Of a DNA stretch of 64,000 nt, positions 48,971 to 59,271 are shown in pieces. Within the stretch, counting starts at the first letter, position 1. Each line of letters begins with the position of its first letter. The position numbers and the translations under genes were made by a program. The notes under the pieces are model-generated. The model saw nothing but the letters and a program-made list of their open reading frames with translations. It was not told the origin of the DNA and searched no databases. Source of the DNA: a virus. The stretch lies in IMG/VR virus record IMGVR_UViG_3300000117_000007, one strand, 5' to 3'.

Positions 48971-50500
48971 ATGGAAATATTTGGGTTTGAAATAACTCGT
49001 AGAAAAGACGAGTTAAGAGAAATAGACATCGAAAAGAAGTCTGCTTCTTCGTTTGTACCACCTCAGATCGATGATGGCACCCCTGTCATTCAGCAATCTC
49101 CCGGTGGTTTCATATCAGGAGGGGCATACGGTTCGTATGTCGACATGGAAGGAAATATCAAGAATGAAGTACAACTCATTCGAAGATATAGAGAAACTTC
49201 TTTGGTACCTGAGTGCGATGCGGCCATTGACGATATCGTTAATGAATGCGTAGTATCTGATACACAAGATAGAATTGTAGCACTCGACTTGCAAGATGTT
49301 GATCTTTCAGAAAGCATCAAAAAGAAGGTGCAAGGCGAGTTCAAGCACATCTTATCTTTAATGAAGTTCAATCAGAACTCTCATGAACTATTCAGAAAAT
49401 GGTACGTCGATGGAAGAATCTACTTCCATAAAGTTGTCGACTCTAAAAACCCTAATAGAGGTATCGTAGATATCAGAAATGTTGACCCTCTTAAAATTAA
49501 GAAGGTCAGAAACGTCGAGAAGGAAAAAGATCCTAAGACGAAGATCGATAAGATCAAAAAAGTTGAAGAGTTTTATGTCTTCAACGATAAAGGATTCGAC
49601 AGAAGTGGCACTAATGAAGGTGCTACTATTAGAATCGCACCAGAGGCAGTATGTTATACTACTTCTGGTATGTTAGATTACACTAAGAATATTGTAATCG
49701 GGTATTTGCATAAAGCACTGAAGACTTCTAATCAGTTAGCAATGATGGAAGATGCACTTGTTATTTACAGAATATCAAGGGCACCTGAAAGAAGAATCTT
49801 CTACATTGATGTTGGTAACTTACCAAAAGCAAAGGCAGAACAATACCTTGCTGAAACAATGAACAAGTATAGAAATAAACTTGTTTACAATTCAGACACA
49901 GGTGAGATCAAAGATGATCGAAGACATATGTCCATGCTTGAAGATTTTTGGTTACCTAGGAGAGAAGGTGGTAGAGGGACAGAAATATCTACTTTACCAG
50001 GTGGTCAGAACTTAGCAGATATTGATGATATAGAATACTTTAAAAAGAAACTATATCGATCACTGAATGTACCCATTAGTAGAATGGAGTCAGACAACGG
50101 TTTTAATATGGGCCGTGCTTCAGAGATCAGTAGAGATGAACTTAAGTTCAACAAATTTACAAAGAGATTGCAAAATAAATTTGCTAGACTCTTTACAGAC
50201 ATACTGAGAACTCAGTTGATACTAAAGAATGTTGTATCAGGTGATGAGTTCGATGAATTCAAAGATTTCATCAGGTATGATTTCTCTACAGATAATCACT
50301 TCTCAGAGTTAAAAGAGCAAGAGATTTTTAGAGAAAGATTAGATATATTATCACAAGCAGAGAACTATCTCGGTAAGTTCTTCTCAGAAAAATACATTGC
50401 TAAAAATGTATTGAGAATGACAGACGATGACATTGAAAAGATGGCAAAAGAGATAGAAGATGAAGGTGGTAATGAAGAAGATGGAGACATGGACTTTTAA
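48971..50500 (+). CDS. gp20: Portal vertex protein gp20
   Basis: IFGFEI start, WYVDGR, RAPERRIFYIDVGNLPK, EDFWLPRREGGRGTEI; start placed at ATG 48971. Confidence 0.96.
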   Translation: MEIFGFEITRRKDELREIDIEKKSASSFVPPQIDDGTPVIQQSPGGFISGGAYGSYVDMEGNIKNEVQLIRRYRETSLVPECDAAIDDIVNECVVSDTQDRIVALDLQDVDLSESIKKKVQGEFKHILSLMKFNQNSHELFRKWYVDGRIYFHKVVDSKNPNRGIVDIRNVDPLKIKKVRNVEKEKDPKTKIDKIKKVEEFYVFNDKGFDRSGTNEGATIRIAPEAVCYTTSGMLDYTKNIVIGYLHKALKTSNQLAMMEDALVIYRISRAPERRIFYIDVGNLPKAKAEQYLAETMNKYRNKLVYNSDTGEIKDDRRHMSMLEDFWLPRREGGRGTEISTLPGGQNLADIDDIEYFKKKLYRSLNVPISRMESDNGFNMGRASEISRDELKFNKFTKRLQNKFARLFTDILRTQLILKNVVSGDEFDEFKDFIRYDFSTDNHFSELKEQEIFRERLDILSQAENYLGKFFSEKYIAKNVLRMTDDDIEKMAKEIEDEGGNEEDGDMDF

Positions 50501-50510
50501 GGAATAAATT

Positions 50511-50696
50511 ATGAACGACATAAGTAGAAAGATAGTAGACCAAATCGAAGCAGGTAAAATGCAAGATGCTAAAGACTCTATCAATGACGGTATCAAGGCG
50601 AAAGCAGGAGAAGTCGTTGACATGAAGAGAGTTGAAATGCAAATGGATTGGATGGAAACTTCACATGAAGAAGACGTTTCAACAGATAACGATTGA
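50511..50696 (+). CDS. Small prohead core protein (gp67-like by position)
   Basis: Short acidic ORF directly after gp20; SD AAGGA. Confidence 0.55.
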   Translation: MNDISRKIVDQIEAGKMQDAKDSINDGIKAKAGEVVDMKRVEMQMDWMETSHEEDVSTDND

Positions 50697-50973
50697 GTTA
50701 AACGAGGCGAAGTTTAAACTTCCTTCAGATCAGAAAGAGGTCAAACGTGAGACTGAGAAAGTCGCAGGTAAAACGATTGATGTAGTATACGCACAATCGT
50801 CTAAGAGAAAGATTTACGTGTACATAGATGGTAACGTAGTGGGCGAACCATTTAGAAATTTAAAAGACGCCCAGAAAGAGATGAAAAATATTAAATTAGT
50901 AATGAAGCAAATGGGTGAAGAAAACATCTCTAAAGAGGAAATTTTAGGAGTTATAAATGAAACTAATATCTGA
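50665..50973 (+). CDS. Hypothetical protein (gp68 position)
   Basis: MKKTFQQI..LNEA start; between gp67-like and gp21. Confidence 0.5.
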   Translation: MKKTFQQITIELNEAKFKLPSDQKEVKRETEKVAGKTIDVVYAQSSKRKIYVYIDGNVVGEPFRNLKDAQKEMKNIKLVMKQMGEENISKEEILGVINETNI

Positions 50974-51610
50974 ATTCAACGACTATAGTATCTCACCCGT
51001 TATTATAGAAGAGAACGAAAAAGGGGAAAAAGATTACTTCATCGAAGGTATCTTTATGCAATCTGAAATTAAAAACAGAAATGGCAGAGTATACCCTAAA
51101 GATGTAATGAGAAAAGAAGTAGATCGTTACAGAAAAGAGTTTGTTGAGAAGCAAAGAGCATTCGGAGAGTTAGGACATCCTGAAGGACCTACAATTAATT
51201 TAGACAAAGTATCTCACTTAATTACAAAACTAGACGAAGATGGAAATAATTATGTGGGTAGAGCAAAGATTTTAAGTACACCAAATGGTCAGATTGTCAG
51301 AAATTTGATTGATGACGGTGCAAAGTTGGGAGTATCATCTAGAGGACTAGGTTCACTAGAACAAAAAGGTGGTGCCCAATATGTTAAAGGTGACTTTCAG
51401 TTGGCAACTGCCGCTGATATTGTCGCAGATCCTTCTGCACCTGAGGCGTTTGTCGAAGGCATAATGGAGGGAGTAGAGTGGATCTACGAAAATGGTATTC
51501 TTAAGTGTACTGAAGTAGAGCAGATGAGAGATAAACTTTTATCTACAAAACTAAATAAACTTGAGGAAACTAAATTAAATCTATGGAAAAAGTTCGTTGA
51601 GAACTTGTAA
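50957..51610 (+). CDS. gp21: Prohead protease gp21
   Basis: NRNGRVYP, GELGHP, GVSSRGLGS, DIVADPSAPEA. Confidence 0.95.
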   Translation: MKLISEFNDYSISPVIIEENEKGEKDYFIEGIFMQSEIKNRNGRVYPKDVMRKEVDRYRKEFVEKQRAFGELGHPEGPTINLDKVSHLITKLDEDGNNYVGRAKILSTPNGQIVRNLIDDGAKLGVSSRGLGSLEQKGGAQYVKGDFQLATAADIVADPSAPEAFVEGIMEGVEWIYENGILKCTEVEQMRDKLLSTKLNKLEETKLNLWKKFVENL

Positions 51611-51612
51611 CA

Positions 51613-51620
51613 TATAAATA
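51613..51620 (+). promoter_or_regulatory. Late promoter TATAAATA
   Basis: Exact consensus upstream of gp22. Confidence 0.8.
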
Positions 51621-51650
51621 AAAGAGTTATTACTCAAACAGGAGAAAAAA

Positions 51651-53015
51651 ATGGCAGATTTAGAGAAAAACCTAAATGACGCAATAGAGGAAGTAATGTC
51701 TGAAGGACAGCAACCTGACTCTAAGGCGGAAAAAGGTGATCAAAAACCTGTTAAACAAGGTTCATCAGACGCCGAGAAAATCGAAGGCGGGAAAGGTGAA
51801 GTCGTCAAACCTGAAGAAAATCCTGTTGACAAAGCAGTTGATTCAGTTAAAAAAGCAGAGAAGCAGAAAGAAGTTTCTGGTGATCCTCAACAGAAAGGGG
51901 AAGCACCTGCTGAGAGTCAACCTAAGTTGAAAAAAGTTTCAGAAGAAGAAGATTCAGAAGATGAAAAACCTTCTAAAATGAAAATGATCAAGGCAATGGT
52001 CAACAAAATGAAGGATCTAGATAAAGAAAAACTTCAGGCAATGTACTCTGAGATGTCAGAGGAAAGTGTTGACGAAACCTTGTCAAAGGCAGAGATCGCA
52101 AGAGCAATCGTAGAACTCATGAAGAAAAAAGGTGAGGACGAGGTAGAAGAAGGTTTCAATAAACTTCTTGAATCAGAAAAAGACGAAGACGAAGACGAAG
52201 ATGAAGATGAGAAAAAAGACGATAAAGAAGTCAAAGAATCATCTGAAGTTGAATCTTCACTAGTTGAGATTGAAGTAGAAGACGACCTAGAGAAAATCTC
52301 AGAAGCACTTGAACTCTCGGAAGAGAATCAAGAGAAGGCAAAAGTTATCTTCAAGGCCGCAGTATCATCTAAAGTCTCAGAGATCAAAGAGCAACTTGAA
52401 TCAGAGTATTCAGAGAATTTAAAAACCTCAACAGAGAAAGTTAAAGACGACCTAGCGGAAGCAGTCGACAAGTACCTTTCTTACTGTGCAGAAGAGTGGA
52501 CGAAAGAAAACGAACTTGCAATAGAAAGAGGTTTGAGATCAGAAATGACTGAAAACTTCATCGAAGGATTAAAAACATTGTTCACAGAACATTATGTTGA
52601 AGTTCCAGAAGATAAGTACGACGTTATTGATGAACTCGCAAATCGTCTTGACGAAATGGAAGACAAACTTGACGTAGAAGTATCTAAGAATATGGAAATC
52701 GTTGAGGAAAGAGATTCCTTGTTAAGACAAAATGTTGTGAAAGAGGCATGTGCAGACTTGTCTGAGTCACAAATTGAAAAATTGGTTTCACTATCAAATG
52801 GTGTAGACTTCAATAGTACTGAAGATTTCGCAGAGAAAGTTTCAGAACTTAAAGAAGCATACTTTCCTGCTGATAAAGGTGAGACCGTTGCAGAAGAAAC
52901 AGTAGTTGAAGAAGGAACAGGATCTTTCGAAGATGATTCATCATCTGAAAAAGTTGTTGATCCTACTATGAATGCTTATTCTTCAGCATTAAGTAAACTA
53001 AAACCATTAGGTTAA
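51651..53015 (+). CDS. gp22: Prohead scaffold protein gp22
   Basis: Acidic coiled coil; VDKYLSY..EEW..ENELAIERGL; between gp21 and gp23. Confidence 0.9.
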   Translation: MADLEKNLNDAIEEVMSEGQQPDSKAEKGDQKPVKQGSSDAEKIEGGKGEVVKPEENPVDKAVDSVKKAEKQKEVSGDPQQKGEAPAESQPKLKKVSEEEDSEDEKPSKMKMIKAMVNKMKDLDKEKLQAMYSEMSEESVDETLSKAEIARAIVELMKKKGEDEVEEGFNKLLESEKDEDEDEDEDEKKDDKEVKESSEVESSLVEIEVEDDLEKISEALELSEENQEKAKVIFKAAVSSKVSEIKEQLESEYSENLKTSTEKVKDDLAEAVDKYLSYCAEEWTKENELAIERGLRSEMTENFIEGLKTLFTEHYVEVPEDKYDVIDELANRLDEMEDKLDVEVSKNMEIVEERDSLLRQNVVKEACADLSESQIEKLVSLSNGVDFNSTEDFAEKVSELKEAYFPADKGETVAEETVVEEGTGSFEDDSSSEKVVDPTMNAYSSALSKLKPLG

Positions 53016-53036
53016 TTTTAAAGGAGAAAATGTAAA

Positions 53037-54347
53037 ATGTTCTTATCAGAAAATTTACAAGAAAAGTGGTCCCCTATACTTGAGCATTCTGATCTTCCAA
53101 AGATCGAAGACAACTATAAGAGAGCGGTCACTGCTGTTATCCTCGAGAACCAAGAGAAAGCACTAGCAGAAGATAGAGCAACTCTTTCCGAGGCAGCACC
53201 TTTAAATGCTACAGGTGGTACAGCAATCAACAATTGGGATCCTATTTTGATCTCATTAGTTAGACGTGCTATGCCAAATCTCGTTGCTTACGACATTTGC
53301 GGTGTTCAACCAATGACAGGTCCAACAGGACTTATCTTTGCTATGAAGGCAAGGTATCAAGATTATCCTTCAGCAGGACGTGAAGGACAATCAGAAGCAT
53401 TAGGTATCAAAGAACCTAGAACTGGTTATTCTGCTTCAGCAGGACCAAACAGTACAGCAGGTGTTGATGCAGACCCAGAAGGAAATCCTTTTGCAGGGTC
53501 AAGTGCTTATCAAAACCAAACTTCAGGCGCAATGGATACACAAAATGCAGAAGCATTAGGTGATGGAGCATCGAACCACTTTCAAGAGATGTCATTTACT
53601 ATTGAGAAATCAACTGTAACTGCTAACTCTAGAGCATTAAAGGCCGAGTATTCACTCGAACTTGCACAAGACTTAAAAGCAATCCACGGTCTTGATGCAG
53701 AATCAGAACTAGCAAATATTCTTTCATCAGAAATTCTTGCTGAAATCAACCGTGAAGTTGTTAGAGAAGTTAACAACCAAGCAAAAACTGGTGCGGAAGC
53801 AACTGCTTCAGCAGGTACTTTCAACCTAGACGTTGATGCTAACGGTAGATGGTCAGTTGAGAAATTCAAAGGATTATTGTTCCAAATCGAAAGAGAATCT
53901 AACAAGATCGCAAAAGAAACAAGAAGAGGTAAAGGTAACTTTATTCTATGTTCTTCAGACGTTGCATCTGCTCTTTCAATGGCAGGAGTATTAGATTACG
54001 CACCTGCTCTTAACACTAACATTAACGTTGATGATACTGGCAATACTTTTGCTGGTGTTCTTAACGGTAGAGTTAAAGTATACATCGATCCATATGCTGG
54101 ATCAGATTACTTGACTGTTGGTTATAGAGGATCAAATCCGTATGATGCTGGTATGTTCTACTGTCCATATGTACCTTTACAAATGGTCAGAGCAGTTGGA
54201 GAGAATACTTTCCAACCAAAAATCGGATTCAAGACAAGATACGGAATGGTATCTAACCCATTTGTAGGTGATGCACCTGTAAGTGGTCTTGCACCAGATG
54301 GAAACAACCAGTACTACAGAAAGATGTTAGTATCTAACATTCTGTAA
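53037..54347 (+). CDS. gp23: Major capsid protein gp23
   Basis: LVRRAMPNL.AYDICGVQPMTGPTGLIFA, RALKAEYSLELAQDLKAIHGLDAE, FQPKIGFKTRYG. Confidence 0.97.
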   Translation: MFLSENLQEKWSPILEHSDLPKIEDNYKRAVTAVILENQEKALAEDRATLSEAAPLNATGGTAINNWDPILISLVRRAMPNLVAYDICGVQPMTGPTGLIFAMKARYQDYPSAGREGQSEALGIKEPRTGYSASAGPNSTAGVDADPEGNPFAGSSAYQNQTSGAMDTQNAEALGDGASNHFQEMSFTIEKSTVTANSRALKAEYSLELAQDLKAIHGLDAESELANILSSEILAEINREVVREVNNQAKTGAEATASAGTFNLDVDANGRWSVEKFKGLLFQIERESNKIAKETRRGKGNFILCSSDVASALSMAGVLDYAPALNTNINVDDTGNTFAGVLNGRVKVYIDPYAGSDYLTVGYRGSNPYDAGMFYCPYVPLQMVRAVGENTFQPKIGFKTRYGMVSNPFVGDAPVSGLAPDGNNQYYRKMLVSNIL

Positions 54348-54364
54348 AAAAGTTTCGAACTTTT

Positions 54365-54393
54365 AAAAAGGTCTCTTCGGAGACCTTTTTTTT
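54365..54393 (+). terminator. Rho-independent terminator with cUUCGg tetraloop
   Basis: AAAAAGGTCTC-TTCG-GAGACCTTTTTTTT. Confidence 0.92.
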
Positions 54394-54439
54394 GCACTAA
54401 ATATAATTGTCATTAACACACATACACACAGGAGGAAAA

Positions 54440-54658
54440 ATGGCAAATCAAGCAAAATCAGGTTACGAAATTCGTGCCGACTTACTATCCCTTGCAGAGG
54501 GCGTCTTAATCAACAACATCGAGAATGAGAGGACTACCATATATACATGGAATGATAACCATCCCGAGTCGAAGAAAGATATGCCCCTAAGAACTTACTC
54601 AGCACAAGATGTCATTGATACTGCAAAGCAGTTTAATGATTTCGTAAACGAGAAGTAA
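54440..54658 (+). CDS. Small hypothetical protein
   Basis: SD AGGAGG before ATG 54440; KSGYEIRADLL motif; CTAAATA at 54397. Confidence 0.7.
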   Translation: MANQAKSGYEIRADLLSLAEGVLINNIENERTTIYTWNDNHPESKKDMPLRTYSAQDVIDTAKQFNDFVNEK

Positions 54659-54711
54659 CGCATAAATAGTATTGTGGGGTGATATTATTCACCCCCTTTT
54701 GAGGAAATATA

Positions 54712-54855
54712 ATGTATACAAGTACACTTAAACCAGACCCTAGTAGATTTGTTGAGTCTAGTACACCACAAGATCAGCAAGTACATAAAGGTTGGTATTG
54801 GGATTACAAAACAAAAAAGTTTTACAGATGGGATAATATACCCAAGGATAAATAA
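54712..54855 (+). CDS. 47-aa hypothetical protein (not in the ORF track)
   Basis: GAGGA SD; MYTSTLKPDP...GWYWDYKTKKFYRWDNIPKDK; stop overlaps the gp3 ATG; preceded by CATAAATA and a GGGGTGA/TCACCCC hairpin. Confidence 0.6.
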   Translation: MYTSTLKPDPSRFVESSTPQDQQVHKGWYWDYKTKKFYRWDNIPKDK

Positions 54856-55397
54856 TGCCAGAGACATCAATCAACAAGTCAATACTTAATAAGAATAATT
54901 TTAGATTACTTATTGACAAAACACCAACAGTAGAGTACTTCGTCAGATCAGTTAATATTCCAGGATTAACATTTGGTGAAACAGTACAGGCGGCAGGTGT
55001 AGGACTTGATGCTTTCTTTCCTGGAGATAAAGTTTCTTTTGATACACTTGATGTATCTTTTCTTGTCGATGAAGACTTAGAAAACTTTAAAGAAATATAT
55101 GATTGGATGGACGCAATCGTTCCTATAGCAGATCCCTCTGCCTATGGGGCATATGTCAATTCAGTTAAAACAGATGCAGGTACATTCTCAGCAGTAGAGA
55201 ATGATCTCTTACAGTATTCAGATATTACATTAGTATTGAATACTAATAAGAACATACCAAACAAATTTTTTAGATTCCACGATTGCTTTCCAATCAGTTT
55301 AGGTGGTATCGAACTTGAGAGTGGTGCAGATACTGAGGCAGTTATCGCAAATGTATCATTCAGATTTACATATTACGAGATAGAAAGCACTAGTTAA
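54855..55397 (+). CDS. gp3: Tail tube terminator/completion protein gp3
   Basis: VNIPGL, PGDK..F..L.VSFLVDEDLENF.EIYDW, FHDCFPISL. Confidence 0.85.
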   Translation: MPETSINKSILNKNNFRLLIDKTPTVEYFVRSVNIPGLTFGETVQAAGVGLDAFFPGDKVSFDTLDVSFLVDEDLENFKEIYDWMDAIVPIADPSAYGAYVNSVKTDAGTFSAVENDLLQYSDITLVLNTNKNIPNKFFRFHDCFPISLGGIELESGADTEAVIANVSFRFTYYEIESTS

Positions 55398-55438
55398 ATC
55401 TCAATAAATATGTTATACTATTAGTATTTAATAGTATA
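55388..55438 (+). promoter_or_regulatory. Putative uvsY promoter (extended -10 TGtTATACT) with a 10-bp inverted repeat
   Basis: CACTAGTTA-17-TATACT; TATACTATTA-gtatt-TAATAGTATA. Confidence 0.5.
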
Positions 55439-55449
55439 TTAGGTAAATT

Positions 55450-55893
55450 ATGAAACTAGATGAAATCAAAGTGATGTGGTCAAACGACTGTGAGATCGAT
55501 GATATCGAACTCGACAAGTCATCATTAGAAGTTCCAAAATTACATGCTAAATATTCAGAGTTACTAACTGATAATATTTTATTGTTAAGAAGTCAGCAGA
55601 TGAAATTCAACATGCTTAGAAAAGATAAGTGGATGTGGTTCAACGGCAAACTTGACGATGATAGAATTAGAGAACTTGGTTGGGCACCTGATCCATTTGA
55701 TGGATTAAAAGTAATGAAAAGTGACTTTGGTATATGGTTCGATTCTGATCCAGATCTACAAAGTCTCAAAGCAAAAATAGATTACTTACAGGAAACAATT
55801 GAATTTATTAAGAGATGTATGGATAATATCACTTGGAGACATCAAACAATAAAGAACACTATCGAGTGGCGTAAATTTATGGCGGGTCAATAA
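55450..55893 (+). CDS. uvsY: Recombination mediator UvsY
   Basis: D.EID..ELD..SL.VPKLHAKY, R..TIKNTIEWRKF..G. Confidence 0.9.
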   Translation: MKLDEIKVMWSNDCEIDDIELDKSSLEVPKLHAKYSELLTDNILLLRSQQMKFNMLRKDKWMWFNGKLDDDRIRELGWAPDPFDGLKVMKSDFGIWFDSDPDLQSLKAKIDYLQETIEFIKRCMDNITWRHQTIKNTIEWRKFMAGQ

Positions 55894-56573
55894 TGCTTTA
55901 TCACAATAACGTATGGATATATAAAGACTTTTTAACAAATGCAGAATGTGAAGTTGTTCATGCTACTGCTGAGAAACACGAACTTATGTCAGGTCGTATT
56001 GGATATAAGAACAATGACCCTGATGCACCACCTAAAACTGATGGTCAACAGAACAGTGAGATCAGACAATCAGACGTTAGATGGATACCCCATAATTCAT
56101 TCGTAGAAGAGATAAGTCAAAAGATTGAAGACGGCATCAACAGTGCTAATAGAGAAGCAGGTTGGAATTTACATTGGGATCAACCAGAGTCTCATCAATA
56201 TACTATCTATCATCATAGACCAGAAGCAGAAGTAAAGGGAGATCATTACACTTGGCATATTGATTCAAGTCCAGATTGGCAAGGTCAAGGTGAAAGAATT
56301 AGAAAGTTAAGTTCAACACTTCAATTGTCAGATCCAAATGATTATGAGGGTGGACACTTTCAATACATCAATCCAAATGGTATATTCGATAAGTTAAAAA
56401 GAAACGAAGAGTGGGTAGATATGCAACAGCATATTACAACAGTCCCATTCTCTGCCAAATCTAAAGGAACACTTATAGTTTTTCCTTCTCATACATATCA
56501 TCAAGTAACACCAGTAACGAGAGGAACAAGAATATCACTAGTCAGTTGGTTTCATGGTCCTAAGCATGTCTAA
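55893..56573 (+). CDS. 2OG-Fe(II) oxygenase (PKHD/prolyl 4-hydroxylase-like)
   Basis: YTWHID, RKLS..LQLSDPNDYEGG, FPS...HQVTPVTRGTRISLVSW. Confidence 0.9.
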   Translation: MLYHNNVWIYKDFLTNAECEVVHATAEKHELMSGRIGYKNNDPDAPPKTDGQQNSEIRQSDVRWIPHNSFVEEISQKIEDGINSANREAGWNLHWDQPESHQYTIYHHRPEAEVKGDHYTWHIDSSPDWQGQGERIRKLSSTLQLSDPNDYEGGHFQYINPNGIFDKLKRNEEWVDMQQHITTVPFSAKSKGTLIVFPSHTYHQVTPVTRGTRISLVSWFHGPKHV

Positions 56574-56718
56574 GAAGAAAGCATTAATTAAACTATGTGT
56601 CATGACAGATGAAGACATCGGTCCAATGGACATGGACGAACAAATGAAAATCGTAGAGAAAGCAATAGAGGAAAAAAGATTCTATCTTGAATCTATCAAT
56701 CCACCCAAAGATGTCTAA
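56566..56718 (+). CDS. 50-aa hypothetical protein (not in the ORF track)
   Basis: MSKKKALIKLCVMTDEDIGP...; overlaps both neighbours by 8 nt and fills the gap exactly. Confidence 0.55.
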   Translation: MSKKKALIKLCVMTDEDIGPMDMDEQMKIVEKAIEEKRFYLESINPPKDV

Positions 56719-58147
56719 TTTAGTTACAGTACAGAAGATCGACGAGGTCTTCATGAAAGTTAATTGTGATGATGGTCTTGCAAGAGACTTGTACGATTTC
56801 TTTTCATATACAGTTCCTAATGCTAAGTTCATGCCCTCATATAAAAATAAATTTTGGGATGGAAAAGTCAGACTCTTTTCATTAAAAACAAATAAAATTT
56901 ATATTGGTCTACTGCCATATGTAGATGAGTTTTGTAGAGAAAGAGGATATGATTTTGATGGTATACAAGATGTTATAGGCAAGAAAGAACGAGACGAGTC
57001 GAATAAGATAGACGACTTTATTGATATGCTTAGTCTACCATTCGCACCAAGAGACTACCAGTTAGAAGCATTTAAAACAGCAGTGCAGTATGGTCGACAA
57101 TTGCTTTTGTCTCCTACAGCATCTGGTAAGTCCCTAATCATATATCTACTAGCACGATACTATGCTGGTAAAAAAATTATTATTGTACCAACAACTTCTT
57201 TAGTTGAGCAAATGGCAAAAGACTTTGAAGAGTATGGATATACAGATAGAGTTTGTAAAATTTACAGTGGTCAAGAAGTATTTGATGCAGACATTACTGT
57301 TACTACATGGCAATCATTTGCAAAAGCACCTAAAGATGTAATGCAATCGTTTGATGTAGTTATAGGAGATGAAGCACATTTATTTAAAGCACAAACTCTC
57401 AAAGGCATCCTAGAGAAGATGAAGACTACAGCAGTGAGAATAGGAACTACAGGTACACTTGATGGTTCTGAAGTACATAGACTACAACTTGAAGGTTTGT
57501 TTGGTCCAGTAAAGAAAGTCATAACGTCATACGAGTTGATGGAAGAAGGTACGATAGCAAATTTAACTATTGATTGTGTCATACTTCGTCATACTAAACA
57601 AAAGAAAATGACTTATCAAGAAGAGATGGATTATCTTGTAAGCAATGAACAGAGAAATAAATTTATCACTAATCTAGTTAGTTCATTGAAAGGTAATACA
57701 CTTGTACTCTTTCAGTACGTAGAAAAACATGGTGAAGTACTGTGGGAAATGTTTAACCCAATGGTCAGTAGAATGAACGGGACATTGCATTATGTTTATG
57801 GTGGTACAGATACAGAAGATAGAGAGTCAGTCAGAACTATCGTTGATTCTCCGAAGAAGAAAAATAATGTCATACTAGCATCATACGGAACATTCTCAAC
57901 TGGAGTAAATATCAAGAAGATCGACAATGTTGTATTCGCATCTCCTTCAAAGTCACGTATACGTAATCTACAGTCTATTGGTAGAGGGTTACGTAAGACA
58001 GATGGTAAGACATCGATGAGACTCTTTGATATCTCAGACAATTTACAAAACAATAATTATACACTCGAACACTTGAAAGAACGCATAAATATTTACAATG
58101 AAGAGCAATTCTCATATGAAATTAAGGAGTTCGATCTAGATGGTTAA
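56711..58147 (+). CDS. uvsW: UvsW SF2 helicase
   Basis: PRDYQ, SPTASGKS, GDEAH, GTTGT, STGVNI, QSIGRGLR; start at ATG 56711. Confidence 0.95.
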   Translation: MSNLVTVQKIDEVFMKVNCDDGLARDLYDFFSYTVPNAKFMPSYKNKFWDGKVRLFSLKTNKIYIGLLPYVDEFCRERGYDFDGIQDVIGKKERDESNKIDDFIDMLSLPFAPRDYQLEAFKTAVQYGRQLLLSPTASGKSLIIYLLARYYAGKKIIIVPTTSLVEQMAKDFEEYGYTDRVCKIYSGQEVFDADITVTTWQSFAKAPKDVMQSFDVVIGDEAHLFKAQTLKGILEKMKTTAVRIGTTGTLDGSEVHRLQLEGLFGPVKKVITSYELMEEGTIANLTIDCVILRHTKQKKMTYQEEMDYLVSNEQRNKFITNLVSSLKGNTLVLFQYVEKHGEVLWEMFNPMVSRMNGTLHYVYGGTDTEDRESVRTIVDSPKKKNNVILASYGTFSTGVNIKKIDNVVFASPSKSRIRNLQSIGRGLRKTDGKTSMRLFDISDNLQNNNYTLEHLKERINIYNEEQFSYEIKEFDLDG

Positions 58148-58640
58148 ACCAGCAAACTTAGTTCCACAAAAGTACGAAGTACTTAAGACAAGAACAGGTG
58201 CAGAGATAGTTGGCATGACTAGAGAAACTCCAACAGGCGTTGAAATTACTTTGCCAATGATTTGTCATTTGCAAGTTGTACCAGGAACAAACAGAACTCA
58301 ATGCTTATTTTATCCTTACTCGCCACTCTCAGAAGAAGAAAAGATTATAATACCAAACGAACACATTGCACACAAGTCTAAAATGAATGAGCAATTCATT
58401 CCGTTCTATGATAATGCAAGTTCGACTTGGATGAAAATGATAGAGAACAAAACTATACCTCTTACAGAGTTTAAGAATAGATATAGTGACAATGATCTAA
58501 AAAAGTTAGTAGAAGAGTTGGCAGAAAAATATGGACTCGAAGATACTTACATTGACGGCGATGAGTATAATCAGTTAGTCGAAGAGTGGGAAGAATTCGA
58601 GTTTGCTGAAGTTCCTAAAGACCCTAAAAAAATTCACTAA
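58140..58640 (+). CDS. Hypothetical protein (Sm-like N-terminus)
   Basis: VLKTRTGAEIVG start and terminal KKIH; typical position between uvsW and gp55. Confidence 0.6.
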   Translation: MVKPANLVPQKYEVLKTRTGAEIVGMTRETPTGVEITLPMICHLQVVPGTNRTQCLFYPYSPLSEEEKIIIPNEHIAHKSKMNEQFIPFYDNASSTWMKMIENKTIPLTEFKNRYSDNDLKKLVEELAEKYGLEDTYIDGDEYNQLVEEWEEFEFAEVPKDPKKIH

Positions 58641-58728
58641 CCTTACCTCTAGAACTTTAGAGAATACTAAATAAACCGTGTATAACGCGGTGTTATATGA
58701 TATTATCAATGGAGATTATAATTTAATC

Positions 58729-58872
58729 ATGACTGAACTAGTCAATAAACTTAACGAAACTGTAGAAACCTTAAAACATATTACAACAGATGACATTACC
58801 CAATTCTTAGAAATAGCAGTTCTAATTGGTACGTTTGTCTTTTGTGTATATGCAGTGTCACCAATTATATGA
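58729..58872 (+). CDS. Small membrane peptide
   Basis: GGAG upstream; C-terminal hydrophobic helix FLEIAVLIGTFVFCVYAVSPII; CTAAATA at 58667. Confidence 0.55.
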   Translation: MTELVNKLNETVETLKHITTDDITQFLEIAVLIGTFVFCVYAVSPII

Positions 58873-58918
58873 TGCTAAGAAAAGTAATTCAAATTTTCTT
58901 TAAATACTGGATCCAACC

Positions 58919-59113
58919 ATGGCATCCGAGAAGTTAACACAAAAGGCCCTACAGGTGGCCAATCTATCCCCTCCTGTTGAGCATTCTTTTATAAACAATT
59001 TAGAGAACGTACACCCAATGAGGCAAGTGGCGATCATGTCGGTTGTCCAAGTTGCGGTCTTTGGATTTATGTTGTTAGCATTTTGGATCATCAATCTTTT
59101 TGTTGGTCATTAG
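58919..59113 (+). CDS. Small membrane protein
   Basis: C-terminal TM segment VAIMSVVQVAVFGFMLLAFWII. Confidence 0.55.
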   Translation: MASEKLTQKALQVANLSPPVEHSFINNLENVHPMRQVAIMSVVQVAVFGFMLLAFWIINLFVGH

Positions 59114-59230
59114 ATGCGATATATACTATACACTACATTAATTGTTACATTCTTTTACGTTACAACGGGTGACCAAGAAAGAATGGGAAGAGCAATACTA
59201 AGAGATAATGTAGTGATGTCGAGAGCATAA
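59114..59230 (+). CDS. 38-aa membrane peptide (not in the ORF track)
   Basis: ATG directly after the previous TAG; MRYILYTTLIVTFFYVTTGDQERMGRAILRDNVVMSRA. Confidence 0.45.
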   Translation: MRYILYTTLIVTFFYVTTGDQERMGRAILRDNVVMSRA

Positions 59231-59271
59231 TATATCCCTTATTAGATATATCTGCCCCCGGCGACATATTA

